From NCBI RefSeq assembly GCF_014280175.1, contig NZ_CP047931.1:1140001-1172000 (forward strand): a DNA stretch of 32,000 bases, in the 5' to 3' direction. How positions within the stretch are numbered: the stretch's first letter is position 1; each line of letters starts with the position of its first letter. The notes beneath the pieces were generated by a model. The model searched no databases. It was not told where the DNA came from and worked only from the letters and a program-made list of their open reading frames with translations. This stretch comes from Synechococcus sp. A15-28. Its GTDB lineage: Bacteria; Cyanobacteriota; Cyanobacteriia; PCC-6307; Cyanobiaceae. A program made the position numbers and the translations under genes. Shown here piece by piece: positions 1 to 9,848 of the stretch.

Positions 1-224
1 CATTGGTTGGGGGCCAGACGCCTCAGAGAAACGGGGCCTGTTGCAGCCGTCAACTCAAGACTGTGTAGGTGCTGAACCGGATCACGAATGGTGTATGACC
101 CTGGCGTCCAGAGGGGAAATTGCAGGATCTGGCGGGAGGTGGACGGCGTCCACCGCATCGTCACCCTGATGCGTTGCTCCTCCGGACGAACGAGATCCAG
201 ATGAACGTCAACGTCGCCGTTCAC
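1..224 (-). CDS. N-terminus of an M61 (glycyl aminopeptidase)-family-like protein, partial, running off the window start
   Basis: Hand translation of the minus strand from GTG at 224: VNGDVDVHLDLVRPEEQRIRVTMRWTPSTSRQILQFPLWTPGSYTIRDPVQHLHSLELTAATGPVSLRRLAPNQ. It is open to the window edge, and the 'LWTPGSYTIRD' motif resembles the N-terminal domain of M61 peptidases. Absent from the ATG-based ORF track. Confidence 0.6.
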   Translation of the reverse strand, partial: MNGDVDVHLDLVRPEEQRIRVTMRWTPSTSRQILQFPLWTPGSYTIRDPVQHLHSLELTAATGPVSLRRLAPNQ

Positions 225-225
225 C

Positions 226-579
226 TCAGGGCGTCTCGATGGTCATCGTTGCGGAGGATCCGAAACCATCCATCGATTCAAGGGCGGCCAACAGCGCGTA
301 CTGGCGAGCCACCCGTTGAAGCCTGGCCTTGAGGCCTTGATTGCGGGCCAGTCGTTGCAGATCGCCGACCATGGTCACCTCCCCACCATCGTCACCCTGG
401 ATCCAGCCCAGGGATGGGGAGTCATCAGCCAGGGAGGCCAGGAGGTCCACCGGGTGGGACTTGCCGTTGAACGGGGCCATCACAGCGCCGATCACCACAT
501 CAAATCCTTCGTGGCGCAGAGAAGCTTCCAGCAGATCCGGTCGTGTGTAGACGGTCGGCAGGATGGAGAGATGGGACAT
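226..579 (-). CDS. DUF1257 / Ycf35-like protein
   Basis: 117-aa ORF starting MSHLSILPTVYTRPDLLEASL with 'EVTMVGDLQRLARNQG...RVARQYALLAAL', resembling the Ycf35 pattern (MSHFS...; VxDLQ; QRYA). Ends 2 nt before the next minus-strand gene. Confidence 0.55.
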   Translation of the reverse strand: MSHLSILPTVYTRPDLLEASLRHEGFDVVIGAVMAPFNGKSHPVDLLASLADDSPSLGWIQGDDGGEVTMVGDLQRLARNQGLKARLQRVARQYALLAALESMDGFGSSATMTIETP

Positions 580-1255
580 GAACCGAATGCCCGCTTTTAC
601 AGACCCTAGCCAGCAGAGCCCATCTGACCAGGCCCTGATTCATCCAACGTCAGCACCAGCATTCGATGGGGCTCTCCCGATCAGGGTTGGCGTGATGGCA
701 TCAGGGAATGGGAGCAACTTCGAGGCGTTGGCAACGGCGATCCGGGATCGACGCATCAATGCCGAGATTGCTCTCCTGGTGGTGAACAACCCCGGCTGCG
801 GAGCACAGCATCGTGCTGAACGGCGTGGCATTCCCTGGCAACTGATTAACCATCGGGATTACGACAGTCGGACCGCACTGGACCGGGACCTGGTGGATCG
901 ATTCCGAACTGCTGAGGTGGAGGGAATCGTGATGGCGGGCTGGATGCGCATCGTCACCGGTGAGTTGATCAAGGCCTTCCCCGATCGATTGATCAACATC
1001 CACCCTTCGCTTCTACCCAGCTTCCGTGGGCTTGATGGCGTTGGCCAGGCTCTCAAGGCCGGCGTCCGCCTTGCTGGTTGCACGGTTCACCTGGTTACCG
1101 AGGACCTGGATGCAGGCCCGATCCTGGTTCAGGCGGCCGTTCCGGTCCTGGAGACGGATGATCACGACAGCCTGTCCAAGCGGATTCAGCTGCAGGAACA
1201 TCGCATCCTGCCGAGCGGACTGATGCTGGCGGCGCAGCGCTGGCGTCAGGGGTAA
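563..1255 (+). CDS. purN: Phosphoribosylglycinamide formyltransferase
   Basis: IRVGVMASGNGSNFEALATAI, INIHPSLLPSFRG, GCTVHLVTEDLDAGPILVQAAVPV are hallmark GART motifs. The exact start is uncertain; ATG 578 or a later codon is possible. Confidence 0.95.
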   Translation: MERWDMNRMPAFTDPSQQSPSDQALIHPTSAPAFDGALPIRVGVMASGNGSNFEALATAIRDRRINAEIALLVVNNPGCGAQHRAERRGIPWQLINHRDYDSRTALDRDLVDRFRTAEVEGIVMAGWMRIVTGELIKAFPDRLINIHPSLLPSFRGLDGVGQALKAGVRLAGCTVHLVTEDLDAGPILVQAAVPVLETDDHDSLSKRIQLQEHRILPSGLMLAAQRWRQG

Positions 1256-2325
1256 AAACTCTGCAAGGGCAGCCCTGTCTCCGGCGGCAGGCCATGCATC
1301 AGGTTCAGACACTGAACACCCTGTCCGGCCTGACCCTTGATCAGGTTGTCGATGGCACTCATCAGAATCATCTGTCCTGTTCTGGTGTCCACCTGAACGG
1401 ACACCAAGGCGCGGTTGGTGTGACGTGCCCATTTCGTGGCGGGATACGTGCCCACCGGCAGAACGGACACGCAGGGGTGGTGCCGATACACCGCTTCGAG
1501 CACCGTGGTGCAGTCTTCAGCCGTCAGTCCGGGATCCCGTAGACGCGCATACACCGTGGACAGCAGGCCTCGCACCATCGGCACCAGATGCGGGGTGAAC
1601 TGCAAACGAACATCCTGCCCGGCAACCTCCTGGGCCATCTGTTCGATCTCGGAGGTGTGGCGATGACCGATGACGCCGTAAGGGGCAATGGATTCAGATG
1701 CCTCCGCGAGCAGCATCGCCTCCTTGGGGACGCGCCCCCCGCCGGACGTGCCTGTCTTGGCATCAATGATGATGCCGTCGGTTTCGATCAGGCCCTGTTT
1801 CAGGAAGGGCAGCAACGGCATCAAGCTGGCCGTTGGGAAGCACCCCGGTGCAGCCACCAACATGGCCTCGGCGATGGCGGGCCCATGCCACTCCGGCAAG
1901 CCATAGACCGCCTCTCGGCAAAGGTCGGAGTCCTGTCTGGAGAGACGGCTGGCCTCCTGGGAATACACCTGACTCCATTGCTCCAGTGAGCGATATCGGA
2001 AATCTGCGGAGAGATCCACCACCCGCACACCCCGCTGCAGAAGCTCTGGGGCGAGCTGACAGGCCAGACCATTGGGGAGGCTCAGGACGGCGTAATCGGC
2101 TGCCTCGGCAATGCGATCGGGGTCAGCGGACTGCACGACAGGGTCATCCGGCAGCGGCAGAAAGGAGCAGATCGAACTCCAGCGTCGTCCCGCACTCCGT
2201 TCTCCGCCGAGGAAGGTGACCGTCAGAGACGGATGCCCCTGCAGAAGGCGGAGGGTCTGCAACCCTCCGTATCCGGAAGCACCGACCACTGCGACACGAC
2301 CCTGGCCCTGGCCACCGCCGGCCAT
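1246..2325 (-). CDS. argC: N-acetyl-gamma-glutamyl-phosphate reductase
   Basis: [13 protein letters not shown]...[49 protein letters not shown]. Alternative upstream ATGs at 2358 and 2370. Confidence 0.95.
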   Translation of the reverse strand: MAGGGQGQGRVAVVGASGYGGLQTLRLLQGHPSLTVTFLGGERSAGRRWSSICSFLPLPDDPVVQSADPDRIAEAADYAVLSLPNGLACQLAPELLQRGVRVVDLSADFRYRSLEQWSQVYSQEASRLSRQDSDLCREAVYGLPEWHGPAIAEAMLVAAPGCFPTASLMPLLPFLKQGLIETDGIIIDAKTGTSGGGRVPKEAMLLAEASESIAPYGVIGHRHTSEIEQMAQEVAGQDVRLQFTPHLVPMVRGLLSTVYARLRDPGLTAEDCTTVLEAVYRHHPCVSVLPVGTYPATKWARHTNRALVSVQVDTRTGQMILMSAIDNLIKGQAGQGVQCLNLMHGLPPETGLPLQSFYP

Positions 2326-2356
2326 CTCGGAGATACGTGAGGCAGTGCTGCTTGCC

Positions 2357-4060
2357 ATGGCGACGTCCAACCAGCAGTTGATCGTACAGAGATTGATAAT
2401 GAATAAATTGCAGAACTGCAGGCTCCTGAACTCCAGTACCCCTCATCAGCAGGACGATCCGATCCGCTTCGACGACATCGCTGAGGCACTGACCGCCATT
2501 CGCAATGGAGCCTGCGTGGTGGTGGTGGATGACGAGCAGCGCGAAAACGAAGGAGATCTGATCTGCGCTGCCCAATTCGCCACACCGGAAGCAATCAACT
2601 TCATGGCGACCGAGGCGAGGGGGCTCATCTGTCTGGCCATGGAAGGAAAGCGGCTGGACGAACTTGATCTGCCCCTGATGGTGGATCGCAACACCGATGC
2701 CAACGAAACAGCCTTCACGGTGAGCATTGATGCCGGAGCCGAGCACGGTGTCAGCACCGGCATCTCCGCTGAAGATCGTGCCCGAACGATTCAGGTCGCC
2801 CTCAATCCGAAGACCCGCCCTGCGGAGTTGCGACGACCGGGACACATCTTTCCCCTGCGAGCCCGGCCCGGTGGGGTGCTCAAACGTGCGGGCCACACCG
2901 AAGCAGCCGTGGACCTGGCGCAGCTGGCGGGACTCACCCCGTCAGGTGTGATCTGCGAGATCCAGAACAGTGATGGCTCTATGGCCCGTCTCCCTGAACT
3001 GCGTGCTTATGCCGACACCTGGGGATTGAAGCTGATCAGCATCGCTGAATTGATCCGCTACCGACTCGAAAATGAACGGTTTGTGCGACGACAGGCCCAT
3101 GCGGAGCTGCCCAGTCAGTTCGGTTCCTTCCAGGCCATCGGCTATCGCAATGAACTGGATGGCTCGGAGCACGTCGCCCTCGTCAAAGGCGACCCTGCCT
3201 CCCTGCGGGAACCGGTGCTGGTGCGAATGCATTCGGAATGTCTGACGGGTGATGCCTTCGGCTCTCTGCGTTGCGATTGCCGCCCTCAGCTGGAGGCAGC
3301 ACTGCGGCAGATCGAACGCGAGGAGGAGGGCGTTGTGGTGTATCTGCGACAGGAAGGCCGTGGGATCGGTCTGATCAACAAACTGCGCGCCTACAGCCTG
3401 CAGGACGGCGGCTTGGACACTGTGGAAGCCAATGAAAGGCTTGGATTTCCAGCTGATCTGCGCAATTACGGGGTGGGGGCCCAGATCCTCACGGATCTCG
3501 GCATCCATCGCCTGCGACTCCTCACCAACAACCCGCGCAAGATCGCCGGTCTCGGAGGGTATGGCCTTCAGGTGGAAGAACGGGTCCCCCTTGTGATGGA
3601 CGCCGGTGATCACAACGCCGAGTACCTGGCTGCCAAGCGCGACAAGCTCGGTCATCTCATGGACAGTGATGGGCCCTGCACCGTTCTCGCCCTCGCTGTC
3701 AACGACTCGACCGACAGCCTTCCAGCCATCCGCGCACGGGTGGAAGACCTCGCTCGAATCCACGGGCAGGCCTTGGAGGCACTGCATGAGCCTCGCCTGC
3801 TTGCCCTCTGGGACCGACCACAGTTCGTCTGGAAACTCACCCCCGATGTCGCGAATCCAATGGAACTGCTCAAGGCAATCGCAGAGCTGGAATCGAGCCG
3901 ACGGATTGGTTTACTGCGGGTGAACACCGAACGCAGTGCACTCCACCCCTCTCAAACCCTGGAACGGGAAGAGCACGCGATGCAGGATCTGATCAACGCC
4001 AGAGAGGACGCCCATCTCAGCGGGCGTCCGTCCCTGATGCATTGGACCGCAGAGGACTGA
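2357..4060 (+). CDS. ribBA: Bifunctional 3,4-dihydroxy-2-butanone 4-phosphate synthase / GTP cyclohydrolase II
   Basis: RibB domain ([22 protein letters not shown]; [21 protein letters not shown]) fused to RibA ([24 protein letters not shown]; [17 protein letters not shown]). The ORF is open back to 2111, but the conserved start is at ATG 2357 or 2399. Confidence 0.95.
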   Translation: MATSNQQLIVQRLIMNKLQNCRLLNSSTPHQQDDPIRFDDIAEALTAIRNGACVVVVDDEQRENEGDLICAAQFATPEAINFMATEARGLICLAMEGKRLDELDLPLMVDRNTDANETAFTVSIDAGAEHGVSTGISAEDRARTIQVALNPKTRPAELRRPGHIFPLRARPGGVLKRAGHTEAAVDLAQLAGLTPSGVICEIQNSDGSMARLPELRAYADTWGLKLISIAELIRYRLENERFVRRQAHAELPSQFGSFQAIGYRNELDGSEHVALVKGDPASLREPVLVRMHSECLTGDAFGSLRCDCRPQLEAALRQIEREEEGVVVYLRQEGRGIGLINKLRAYSLQDGGLDTVEANERLGFPADLRNYGVGAQILTDLGIHRLRLLTNNPRKIAGLGGYGLQVEERVPLVMDAGDHNAEYLAAKRDKLGHLMDSDGPCTVLALAVNDSTDSLPAIRARVEDLARIHGQALEALHEPRLLALWDRPQFVWKLTPDVANPMELLKAIAELESSRRIGLLRVNTERSALHPSQTLEREEHAMQDLINAREDAHLSGRPSLMHWTAED

Positions 4061-4501
4061 TCAGTCCTGAATGGTCAATTTGTTGATCTTGGATCCGTTG
4101 TTGAGCTTCAGCACCACGTCCATGTTGCCGGTGTGACCGAAGACGGTGTGCACGCCGTCCAGATGTGGCTGAGCTTCGTGGCAGATGTAGAACTGTGATC
4201 CACCGGTGTTGCGACCGGCATGGGCCATGGCGAGGGTGCCGGCCTGATGTTTCTGTCCATTGATCTCACAGTCAATCTGATAGCCAGGCCCACCGGTGCC
4301 GGCCATTCCGCGAGCACCCTCACGGCTGTTAGGGCACCCGCCCTGAGCCATGAAGCCGGGGATCACACGGTGAAAGGCCAGGCCGTCATAGAAGCCCTCC
4401 TTGGCTAGTTTCACGAAATTGGCCACCGTGTTGGGAGCATCGGACTCAAACAGCTCGAGCTTGATCTGCCCGGCGTCGGTGTCCATCAGAGCCTTGGTCA
4501 T
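4061..4501 (-). CDS. Peptidyl-prolyl cis-trans isomerase, cyclophilin type
   Basis: [57 protein letters not shown]...[22 protein letters not shown]; start from ATG at 4501. Confidence 0.95.
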   Translation of the reverse strand: MTKALMDTDAGQIKLELFESDAPNTVANFVKLAKEGFYDGLAFHRVIPGFMAQGGCPNSREGARGMAGTGGPGYQIDCEINGQKHQAGTLAMAHAGRNTGGSQFYICHEAQPHLDGVHTVFGHTGNMDVVLKLNNGSKINKLTIQD

Positions 4502-4541
4502 GGTGGCGCGAGCAAAACTGGAGTGTAGTGAGAGGCCCCCC

Positions 4542-5441
4542 ATGCTCGACCTCAGCGAAGCCCGTGTTGGTGTGATCGGCGGCAGCGGCCTCTATGCCAT
4601 GCCAGGCCTGGACCAGGCGGAGGAGCTGAGGCTGGACACGCCCTTCGGGCAACCTTCTGATGTTCTGCGGCTGGGGAAACTTCAGGGCATGGAGACGGTG
4701 TTTCTGGCTCGCCATGGCCGACACCATCAGTTGTTGCCTCGAGAGGTTCCTTATCAGGCGAACATCTGGGCGATGCGTCAGCTGAACGTCCGCTGGCTGA
4801 TCTCGGTGTCCGCCGTGGGGTCACTGCAGGACCATCTGCGCCCACGGGACATGGTGGTGCCGGATCAATTCATCGATCGAACCCAGCAACGTCCGCAGTC
4901 GTTCTTCGGTTATGGCTGCGTCGCGCACGTGAGCCTGGCGGATCCGTTCTGCTCTCGATTAAGCGAACTCCTGGCGGAGGCGGCTGAATCGGCAATGCCG
5001 GCGGGCCAGCACCTCCACCGGGGTGGAACGTACCTCTGCATGGAGGGCCCCGCCTTCTCGACCCGTGCCGAAAGCATGCTTTATCGGAGCTGGGGCTGCT
5101 CCGTTATCGGCATGACAAACCACACGGAAGCGCGATTGGCCCGAGAGGCTGAGCTCGCCTACGCATCCCTGTCGATGGTCACCGACTTCGATTGTTGGCA
5201 CAACGACCACGATGCCGTCAGCGTTGAGATGGTGGTCGGCAACCTCAAGGCCAATGCCGTGGCCACCGAACCGATCCTCAGTCAGCTGACGCTGAGCCTC
5301 AGAGATCAGCGGCCCAGCTCCGAGGCCCATACAGCCCTGGCCGATGCCTTGATCACGGCCCCGGAGCACGTGCCGGATCAGACTCGGGAACGGCTGAATC
5401 TGTTCACCCGTCCCTATTGGGGATCCTTCCCTCAGGATTGA
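4542..5441 (+). CDS. mtnP: S-methyl-5'-thioadenosine phosphorylase (MTAP family)
   Basis: [95 protein letters not shown]. Confidence 0.92.
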   Translation: MLDLSEARVGVIGGSGLYAMPGLDQAEELRLDTPFGQPSDVLRLGKLQGMETVFLARHGRHHQLLPREVPYQANIWAMRQLNVRWLISVSAVGSLQDHLRPRDMVVPDQFIDRTQQRPQSFFGYGCVAHVSLADPFCSRLSELLAEAAESAMPAGQHLHRGGTYLCMEGPAFSTRAESMLYRSWGCSVIGMTNHTEARLAREAELAYASLSMVTDFDCWHNDHDAVSVEMVVGNLKANAVATEPILSQLTLSLRDQRPSSEAHTALADALITAPEHVPDQTRERLNLFTRPYWGSFPQD

Positions 5442-6382
5442 GCCAGATCGACCCCCTGGCTGGTCAGCGCATCGCGAAGCTGACCGTTGTGTGAACGAAG
5501 CAGCTCCCGGGCATCGTCAGGCGCGAGGCCAGCGGCAGCGATCAGCAGAGCCAATTTCACCGAGCCATCGGCCTGGGCCAGCAAGGTGAGGCCACGGTCG
5601 CGCTCCACACCGGCAAGGTCCCTCAGGATGCGAAGGGAGCGGTCCACCAGTTTGCTGTTGCTGGCAGACACATCCACCATCCGATTGCCGAACACCTTGC
5701 CCAGCCGAACCATGACGGCGGTCGACATGATGTTCAAAGCCATCTTGGTGGCAGTTCCCGCTTTGAGCCGGGTGGAACCGGTGAGCAGCTCCGGCCCCGT
5801 CAGGAGACGGATGTCGATGTCGCAGGGGAGTGGTGCCTGATCACTCGGAACGCAGGCCATGGCAACGGCCAGAGCGCCGATGTCGCAGGCGTGGCGAAGC
5901 CCGCCCCGCACGTAAGGCGTGGTGCCGCCAGCGGCGATGCCCACCAGGCAGTCATCAGCGCCAAAGCCCCGCTGATCCAGATCCTCGCGTCCAGCATTCT
6001 CCAGATCTTCCAGCCCCTCGGAACTGCGCAGCAGGGCGGGAGCACCACCGGCGAGGACGCCTTGAACCATCTCCGGATCACTGCAGAAGGTGGGGGGGCA
6101 TTCGGCGGCATCCAACACGCCGAGCCGACCCGAGGTTCCAGCTCCCAAATAAAACAAGCGTCCCCCTGCCTTGAGTCGCGATGCGATTCCGTCAACAGCG
6201 GTACTGATCGCTGCAGATGCAGCGGCAACCGCCTGTTGGGGCTGACGATCTTCCTCCACGAACAACTGCACCAGATCAATTGTGTCAAGCCGATCCAGGG
6301 CCGTGCTTCTGGGATTGGACTGCTCGGTCAGCAGATGGCCGCGGTCCTCAGAGACGGCACGGTCGACTTGAAAACGTCCCAT
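5432..6382 (-). CDS. murQ: N-acetylmuramic acid 6-phosphate etherase
   Basis: LTEQSNPRSTALDRLD, RLFYLGAGTSGRLGVLDAAECPPTF, GLEDLENAGREDL, GIAAGGTTPYV, TGSTRLKAGTATKMALN. Confidence 0.95.
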   Translation of the reverse strand: MGRFQVDRAVSEDRGHLLTEQSNPRSTALDRLDTIDLVQLFVEEDRQPQQAVAAASAAISTAVDGIASRLKAGGRLFYLGAGTSGRLGVLDAAECPPTFCSDPEMVQGVLAGGAPALLRSSEGLEDLENAGREDLDQRGFGADDCLVGIAAGGTTPYVRGGLRHACDIGALAVAMACVPSDQAPLPCDIDIRLLTGPELLTGSTRLKAGTATKMALNIMSTAVMVRLGKVFGNRMVDVSASNSKLVDRSLRILRDLAGVERDRGLTLLAQADGSVKLALLIAAAGLAPDDARELLRSHNGQLRDALTSQGVDLAQS

Positions 6383-6386
6383 CGCC

Positions 6387-6782
6387 TTACAGCAGTCCCT
6401 CGAGACGTTTGCGCAAGGCGTCGAGATCGCTGGCTGGCTGTTCAGTCCCAGCAGTTGACTCCTCCTCCTCCTTCCACTGAGTCACGTCACGGTTGGCTTC
6501 TGGAGGAGCCATGAACAACCGCTCCTCATCCGATTCCGGAACGAATCCCGAGGCCACGAAGCGGGCTTCATATCCGGCATCACGGCAGAACAGCTCCACG
6601 TCCTCGCGATCCAGGGACTCCACACTGGGAACGGGAAAGTCCTGAGCCTCGAGCAGCCCGGCGTACCGCTCTGCGTCATCGGGGTTCTCGAACAGCAGCA
6701 CCACTGTCCGACCGGCGATCTCCAGCGAGTGGATCCCCTCACTCTCGCTGCCGGCATCAAACAGGAGCACGTGGACGCGCAT
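6387..6782 (-). CDS. DUF3110-family protein
   Basis: MRVHVLLFDAGSESEGIHSLEIAGRTVVLLFENPDDAERYAGLLEAQDFPVPSVESLDREDVELFC, typical of the cyanobacterial DUF3110 family; start ATG at 6782. Confidence 0.75.
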   Translation of the reverse strand: MRVHVLLFDAGSESEGIHSLEIAGRTVVLLFENPDDAERYAGLLEAQDFPVPSVESLDREDVELFCRDAGYEARFVASGFVPESDEERLFMAPPEANRDVTQWKEEEESTAGTEQPASDLDALRKRLEGLL

Positions 6783-6832
6783 CGCGGGGAACACTCGGTC
6801 CTCAACAGAAGCGGAGTCTCTCACCGATCGCT

Positions 6833-7732
6833 TCAACCGGCCTCTGCCTCAAGGGCGATTTCCTGCAGACGCCGATACAGAGCCCGCTCCGCCTCGCCCA
6901 GGTCGGCGGGGATCACAATCACAATCTCCACCAGCTGGTCGCCGCGTCGGTCGTCCAGTTCAAGGCCACGCCCGCGCAGCCGCAGCAACCGTCCACTGGA
7001 GGAACCCGGCGGTACCTGAAGGGTGACCGGACCGTCCAGGGTCGGAACGTCGACAGCGCAGCCGAGAGCCGCATCCGGAGGGAACAACGGAAGTTTGTAG
7101 TGCACGCGTAAACCATCGATGCGCAGGCCGTCGTCGGTGAGCACACGCAACTGCAGGAAGTGGTCACGCCCACCGCTGGCAACCCCCTCCAACCGCAACC
7201 GCCAGCCATCTCCAGCCTGGGGTGGGGTGTCGAGTTCCACCACTGTTCCATCCTCCAGGTTCAACTCAACGGTGGTGCCATGCATGGCCTGTTCCGGTGT
7301 CAACTCAACGATGGACTCGAGATCTTCCTCCGCCCGAACGGGAGGCGGGGGAGGTGGTGCCGCAACGGGAGGTTCTCTCCATGAATCGGACGCATCGTTA
7401 TCGGGGGTGTGCGCCTCGGATCGGCGTGAGGGCTCGCCAAGCACCACCTCGAGGTAATCCTCGAAATCCGGGAACCCATGCTCAAACGGGTCGTGCGTGC
7501 GATCTCCCTCACGATCTCCCTGTTCCCAGGCGCTGCGCCGCCGGGGATCGCTGAGCACGGCATAGGCCTCATTCACCAGCTTGAACCGTTCCTCAGCAAC
7601 GGGATCGTTGCCGTTCAGGTCCGGATGCCAACGTCGCGCCTCCCGGCGAAAGGCCCGTTTCAACTGATCGGCATCTGCCTCTGGGCCTAAACCAAGAAGC
7701 GACCAGTAATCGGGATCAGCGGTAGAAGTCAT
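6833..7732 (-). CDS. DnaJ-like co-chaperone: J domain, Pro/acidic linker, C-terminal substrate-binding domain, no zinc-finger region
   Basis: J domain YWSLLGLGPEADADQLKRAFRREARRWHPDLN with HPD, followed by a CTD-like region (GTTVELNLEDGTVVELDTPPQAGDGWRLRLEGVASGG...LFPPDAALGCAVDVPTLDGPVTLQVPPGSSSGRLLRLRGRG). Confidence 0.9.
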   Translation of the reverse strand: MTSTADPDYWSLLGLGPEADADQLKRAFRREARRWHPDLNGNDPVAEERFKLVNEAYAVLSDPRRRSAWEQGDREGDRTHDPFEHGFPDFEDYLEVVLGEPSRRSEAHTPDNDASDSWREPPVAAPPPPPPVRAEEDLESIVELTPEQAMHGTTVELNLEDGTVVELDTPPQAGDGWRLRLEGVASGGRDHFLQLRVLTDDGLRIDGLRVHYKLPLFPPDAALGCAVDVPTLDGPVTLQVPPGSSSGRLLRLRGRGLELDDRRGDQLVEIVIVIPADLGEAERALYRRLQEIALEAEAG

Positions 7733-9704
7733 CGTCCCAGGGATCGCTATCCCGTCGGTTCAAGCTGCGACTCCTGGGTGGCCCACTCGGCGCGGCCCAG
7801 GGGTCTTCGTCCCAGTCATCGGCAAACAATTCATCCTTGAGTGAGCCGAGGGTGTTGCGCAAGCCCTGAAGAGGCCGGCCATCGGACTGACGCTCCACTG
7901 ACAGACGACGGTTCAGACCGAACAAAGCCTCCTCCAGGCCACTCACGCATAGATCAAGCTCCTGCAGATCGTCCTGTGCCAGGCAATCCTGCACATCGCG
8001 CATCGCCATCTCCACAGCGCGTTGCTGACGTTCCGCTCCGTAGGGGCCCAGTTCGAGGGCGGCATCACGCAGGCGGCGTTCCGCCTGGGCAACAAGTGTC
8101 TGGGCGCGGTTGCGACGCTCGATCTGATTGCGTTTGCGACGATCTTCATCCGCCCGGGCCTCCGCCTCGGCCAGTAGAGCGGTGACTTCCTCTTCATTGA
8201 GGTTGGATCCTCCCTGAATGGAGACGGACTGCTTTCGGCCCGTGGTGCGGTCCGTGGCACTGACCTGCAGAAGACCATTGGCATCGATGTCGAACGCCAC
8301 CTGCACCTGAGGGACACCCCGGGGCGCTGGGGGAATCCCGGAGAGCCGGAAACGCCCGAGCGACTTGTTGTCCGAAGCCATCTGCCGCTCGCCCTGCCAG
8401 ACATGGATTTCAACCGACGACTGGTTCGGCTCCGAGGTGCTGAACACATCGGACTGACGGACAGGAATCGGGGTGTTGCGCGGAATCAACACCTTCATCA
8501 GGCCACCGACGGTCTCCAGCCCGAGGGAGAGGGGGGTGACGTCATTCAGAAGTAGATCCCGAAGTTCGCCGGTGAGGATGCCGGCCTGCACGGCGGCGCC
8601 GATGGCCACCACCTCATCGGGATTCACCGATTGGCAGGGATCGAGCGGTACCAGGGTGCGTACCAATTGCTGCACCATCGGCATGCGGGTGGCTCCACCC
8701 ACGAGCACCACGTCATCGATGTCATCCGCGGCCCAACCGGAATCACGCAAGGCGGACTGAACAGGCATCAGCAAACGATCAAGCAGGTCCGGACAAAGGC
8801 CTTCAAAGCTGCTGCGGTCGAGGTTGGTCTCCACATGCAACGGCCCGTTATCGCCGGTTGCAATGAACGGCAGGGAAATCGGTGTCGTCAGAACGCCGGA
8901 CAATTCCTGTTTGGCCTTCTCGGCCGCTTCAGTGAGCCGTTGCAGGGCCTGGCGGTCTCGCCGCAGATCCATTCCGTGCTCTTTCTGAAATGCGTCAGCG
9001 ACCCAATCCACGATTCGCTGATCGAAATCATTGCCGCCCAGTTGCGTGTCTCCGTTGGTGGCTTTGACGTCGAACACGCCGTTCGCGATCCGCAGCAGGG
9101 ATACGTCAAACGTGCCGCCCCCCAGGTCGAAGACCAGCACACGACGAACGGCGCTGCGATCAAAGCCGTAAGCCAGAGCGGCAGCCGTGGGTTCATTGAG
9201 AATCCGCTCGACGGAAATGCCCGCCAGGCGTCCGGCGTCACGGGTGGCCTGACGCTGGGCGTCGTTGAAATAAGCCGGAACCGTGACCACAGCCGCTTCG
9301 ACGGTTTCCCCTAAGTAGGTGCTGGCGTCGTCCACCAATTTGCGGATGATGCTGGCCACCAGCTCCTCAGGCGCGTATTCCCGTTCCGTCACCGGACAGG
9401 GAACGCGAACCTGTCCCCGATCATTGGCACGAACCGTGTAGGGCACCGCAAGGCTGCTCTCCTCCAGTTCATCCCAGTCGCGCCCGACAAAACGCTTGAG
9501 GTTGGAGAAGGTGTTGCGCGGGCTCAGCACCAGCTGGCGCCGGGCCAGTTGTCCCACCAGCAGTTCCTGATCCTTGCTGTATCCGACGACGGATGGAGTC
9601 GTTCTGCCACCCTCCGCGTTGGCGATCACGTGGGGGCGACCTGCCTCGAGAACGGCAACGACCGAGTTCGTCGTCCCCAGATCGATCCCGACGATCCGCC
9701 CCAT
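7716..9704 (-). CDS. dnaK: Hsp70-family chaperone DnaK (paralog)
   Basis: GIDLGTTNSVVAVLEAG, VVTVPAYFNDAQRQATRDAG, NEPTAAALAYG, VFDLGGGTFDVSLL, VLVGGATRMPMV. Ends in an unusual acidic/Trp tail. Confidence 0.95.
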   Translation of the reverse strand: MGRIVGIDLGTTNSVVAVLEAGRPHVIANAEGGRTTPSVVGYSKDQELLVGQLARRQLVLSPRNTFSNLKRFVGRDWDELEESSLAVPYTVRANDRGQVRVPCPVTEREYAPEELVASIIRKLVDDASTYLGETVEAAVVTVPAYFNDAQRQATRDAGRLAGISVERILNEPTAAALAYGFDRSAVRRVLVFDLGGGTFDVSLLRIANGVFDVKATNGDTQLGGNDFDQRIVDWVADAFQKEHGMDLRRDRQALQRLTEAAEKAKQELSGVLTTPISLPFIATGDNGPLHVETNLDRSSFEGLCPDLLDRLLMPVQSALRDSGWAADDIDDVVLVGGATRMPMVQQLVRTLVPLDPCQSVNPDEVVAIGAAVQAGILTGELRDLLLNDVTPLSLGLETVGGLMKVLIPRNTPIPVRQSDVFSTSEPNQSSVEIHVWQGERQMASDNKSLGRFRLSGIPPAPRGVPQVQVAFDIDANGLLQVSATDRTTGRKQSVSIQGGSNLNEEEVTALLAEAEARADEDRRKRNQIERRNRAQTLVAQAERRLRDAALELGPYGAERQQRAVEMAMRDVQDCLAQDDLQELDLCVSGLEEALFGLNRRLSVERQSDGRPLQGLRNTLGSLKDELFADDWDEDPWAAPSGPPRSRSLNRRDSDPWDDDFYR

Positions 9705-9782
9705 ACGTTTAAAACCTGTCAGTCCACGCTAACGGCTGCGGCCAGCCCATTCGCCAAGATCAACCTCCAGCAGAGGGACTTC

Positions 9783-9809
9783 GTTAAGCCATTCTTAGTG
9801 ACTTAAACC
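9783..9809 (+). promoter_or_regulatory. Weak Pho-box-like elements upstream of pstC (tentative)
   Basis: GTTAAGCC (9783-9790), ATT, CTTAGTGA (9794-9801), CTTAAACC (9802-9809). These resemble degenerate CTTAACCT units but only the first two have 11-bp phasing. Confidence 0.3.
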
Positions 9810-9848
9810 GATCTCGTCGATACGTTGACGAGGCGTTTATGTGCGGGA

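Noticed and set aside
2111-2356. N-terminal extension of RibBA in the ORF track
   Set aside because: Arg/Pro-rich translation antisense to argC with no RibB homology; the real start is most likely 2357 or 2399.
2942-3787. 281-aa minus-strand ORF antisense to ribBA
   Set aside because: No family features, and RibBA conservation fully explains the region.
5891-6514. 207-aa plus-strand ORF antisense to murQ and DUF3110
   Set aside because: Overlaps two coding genes on the opposite strand and has no recognisable motif.
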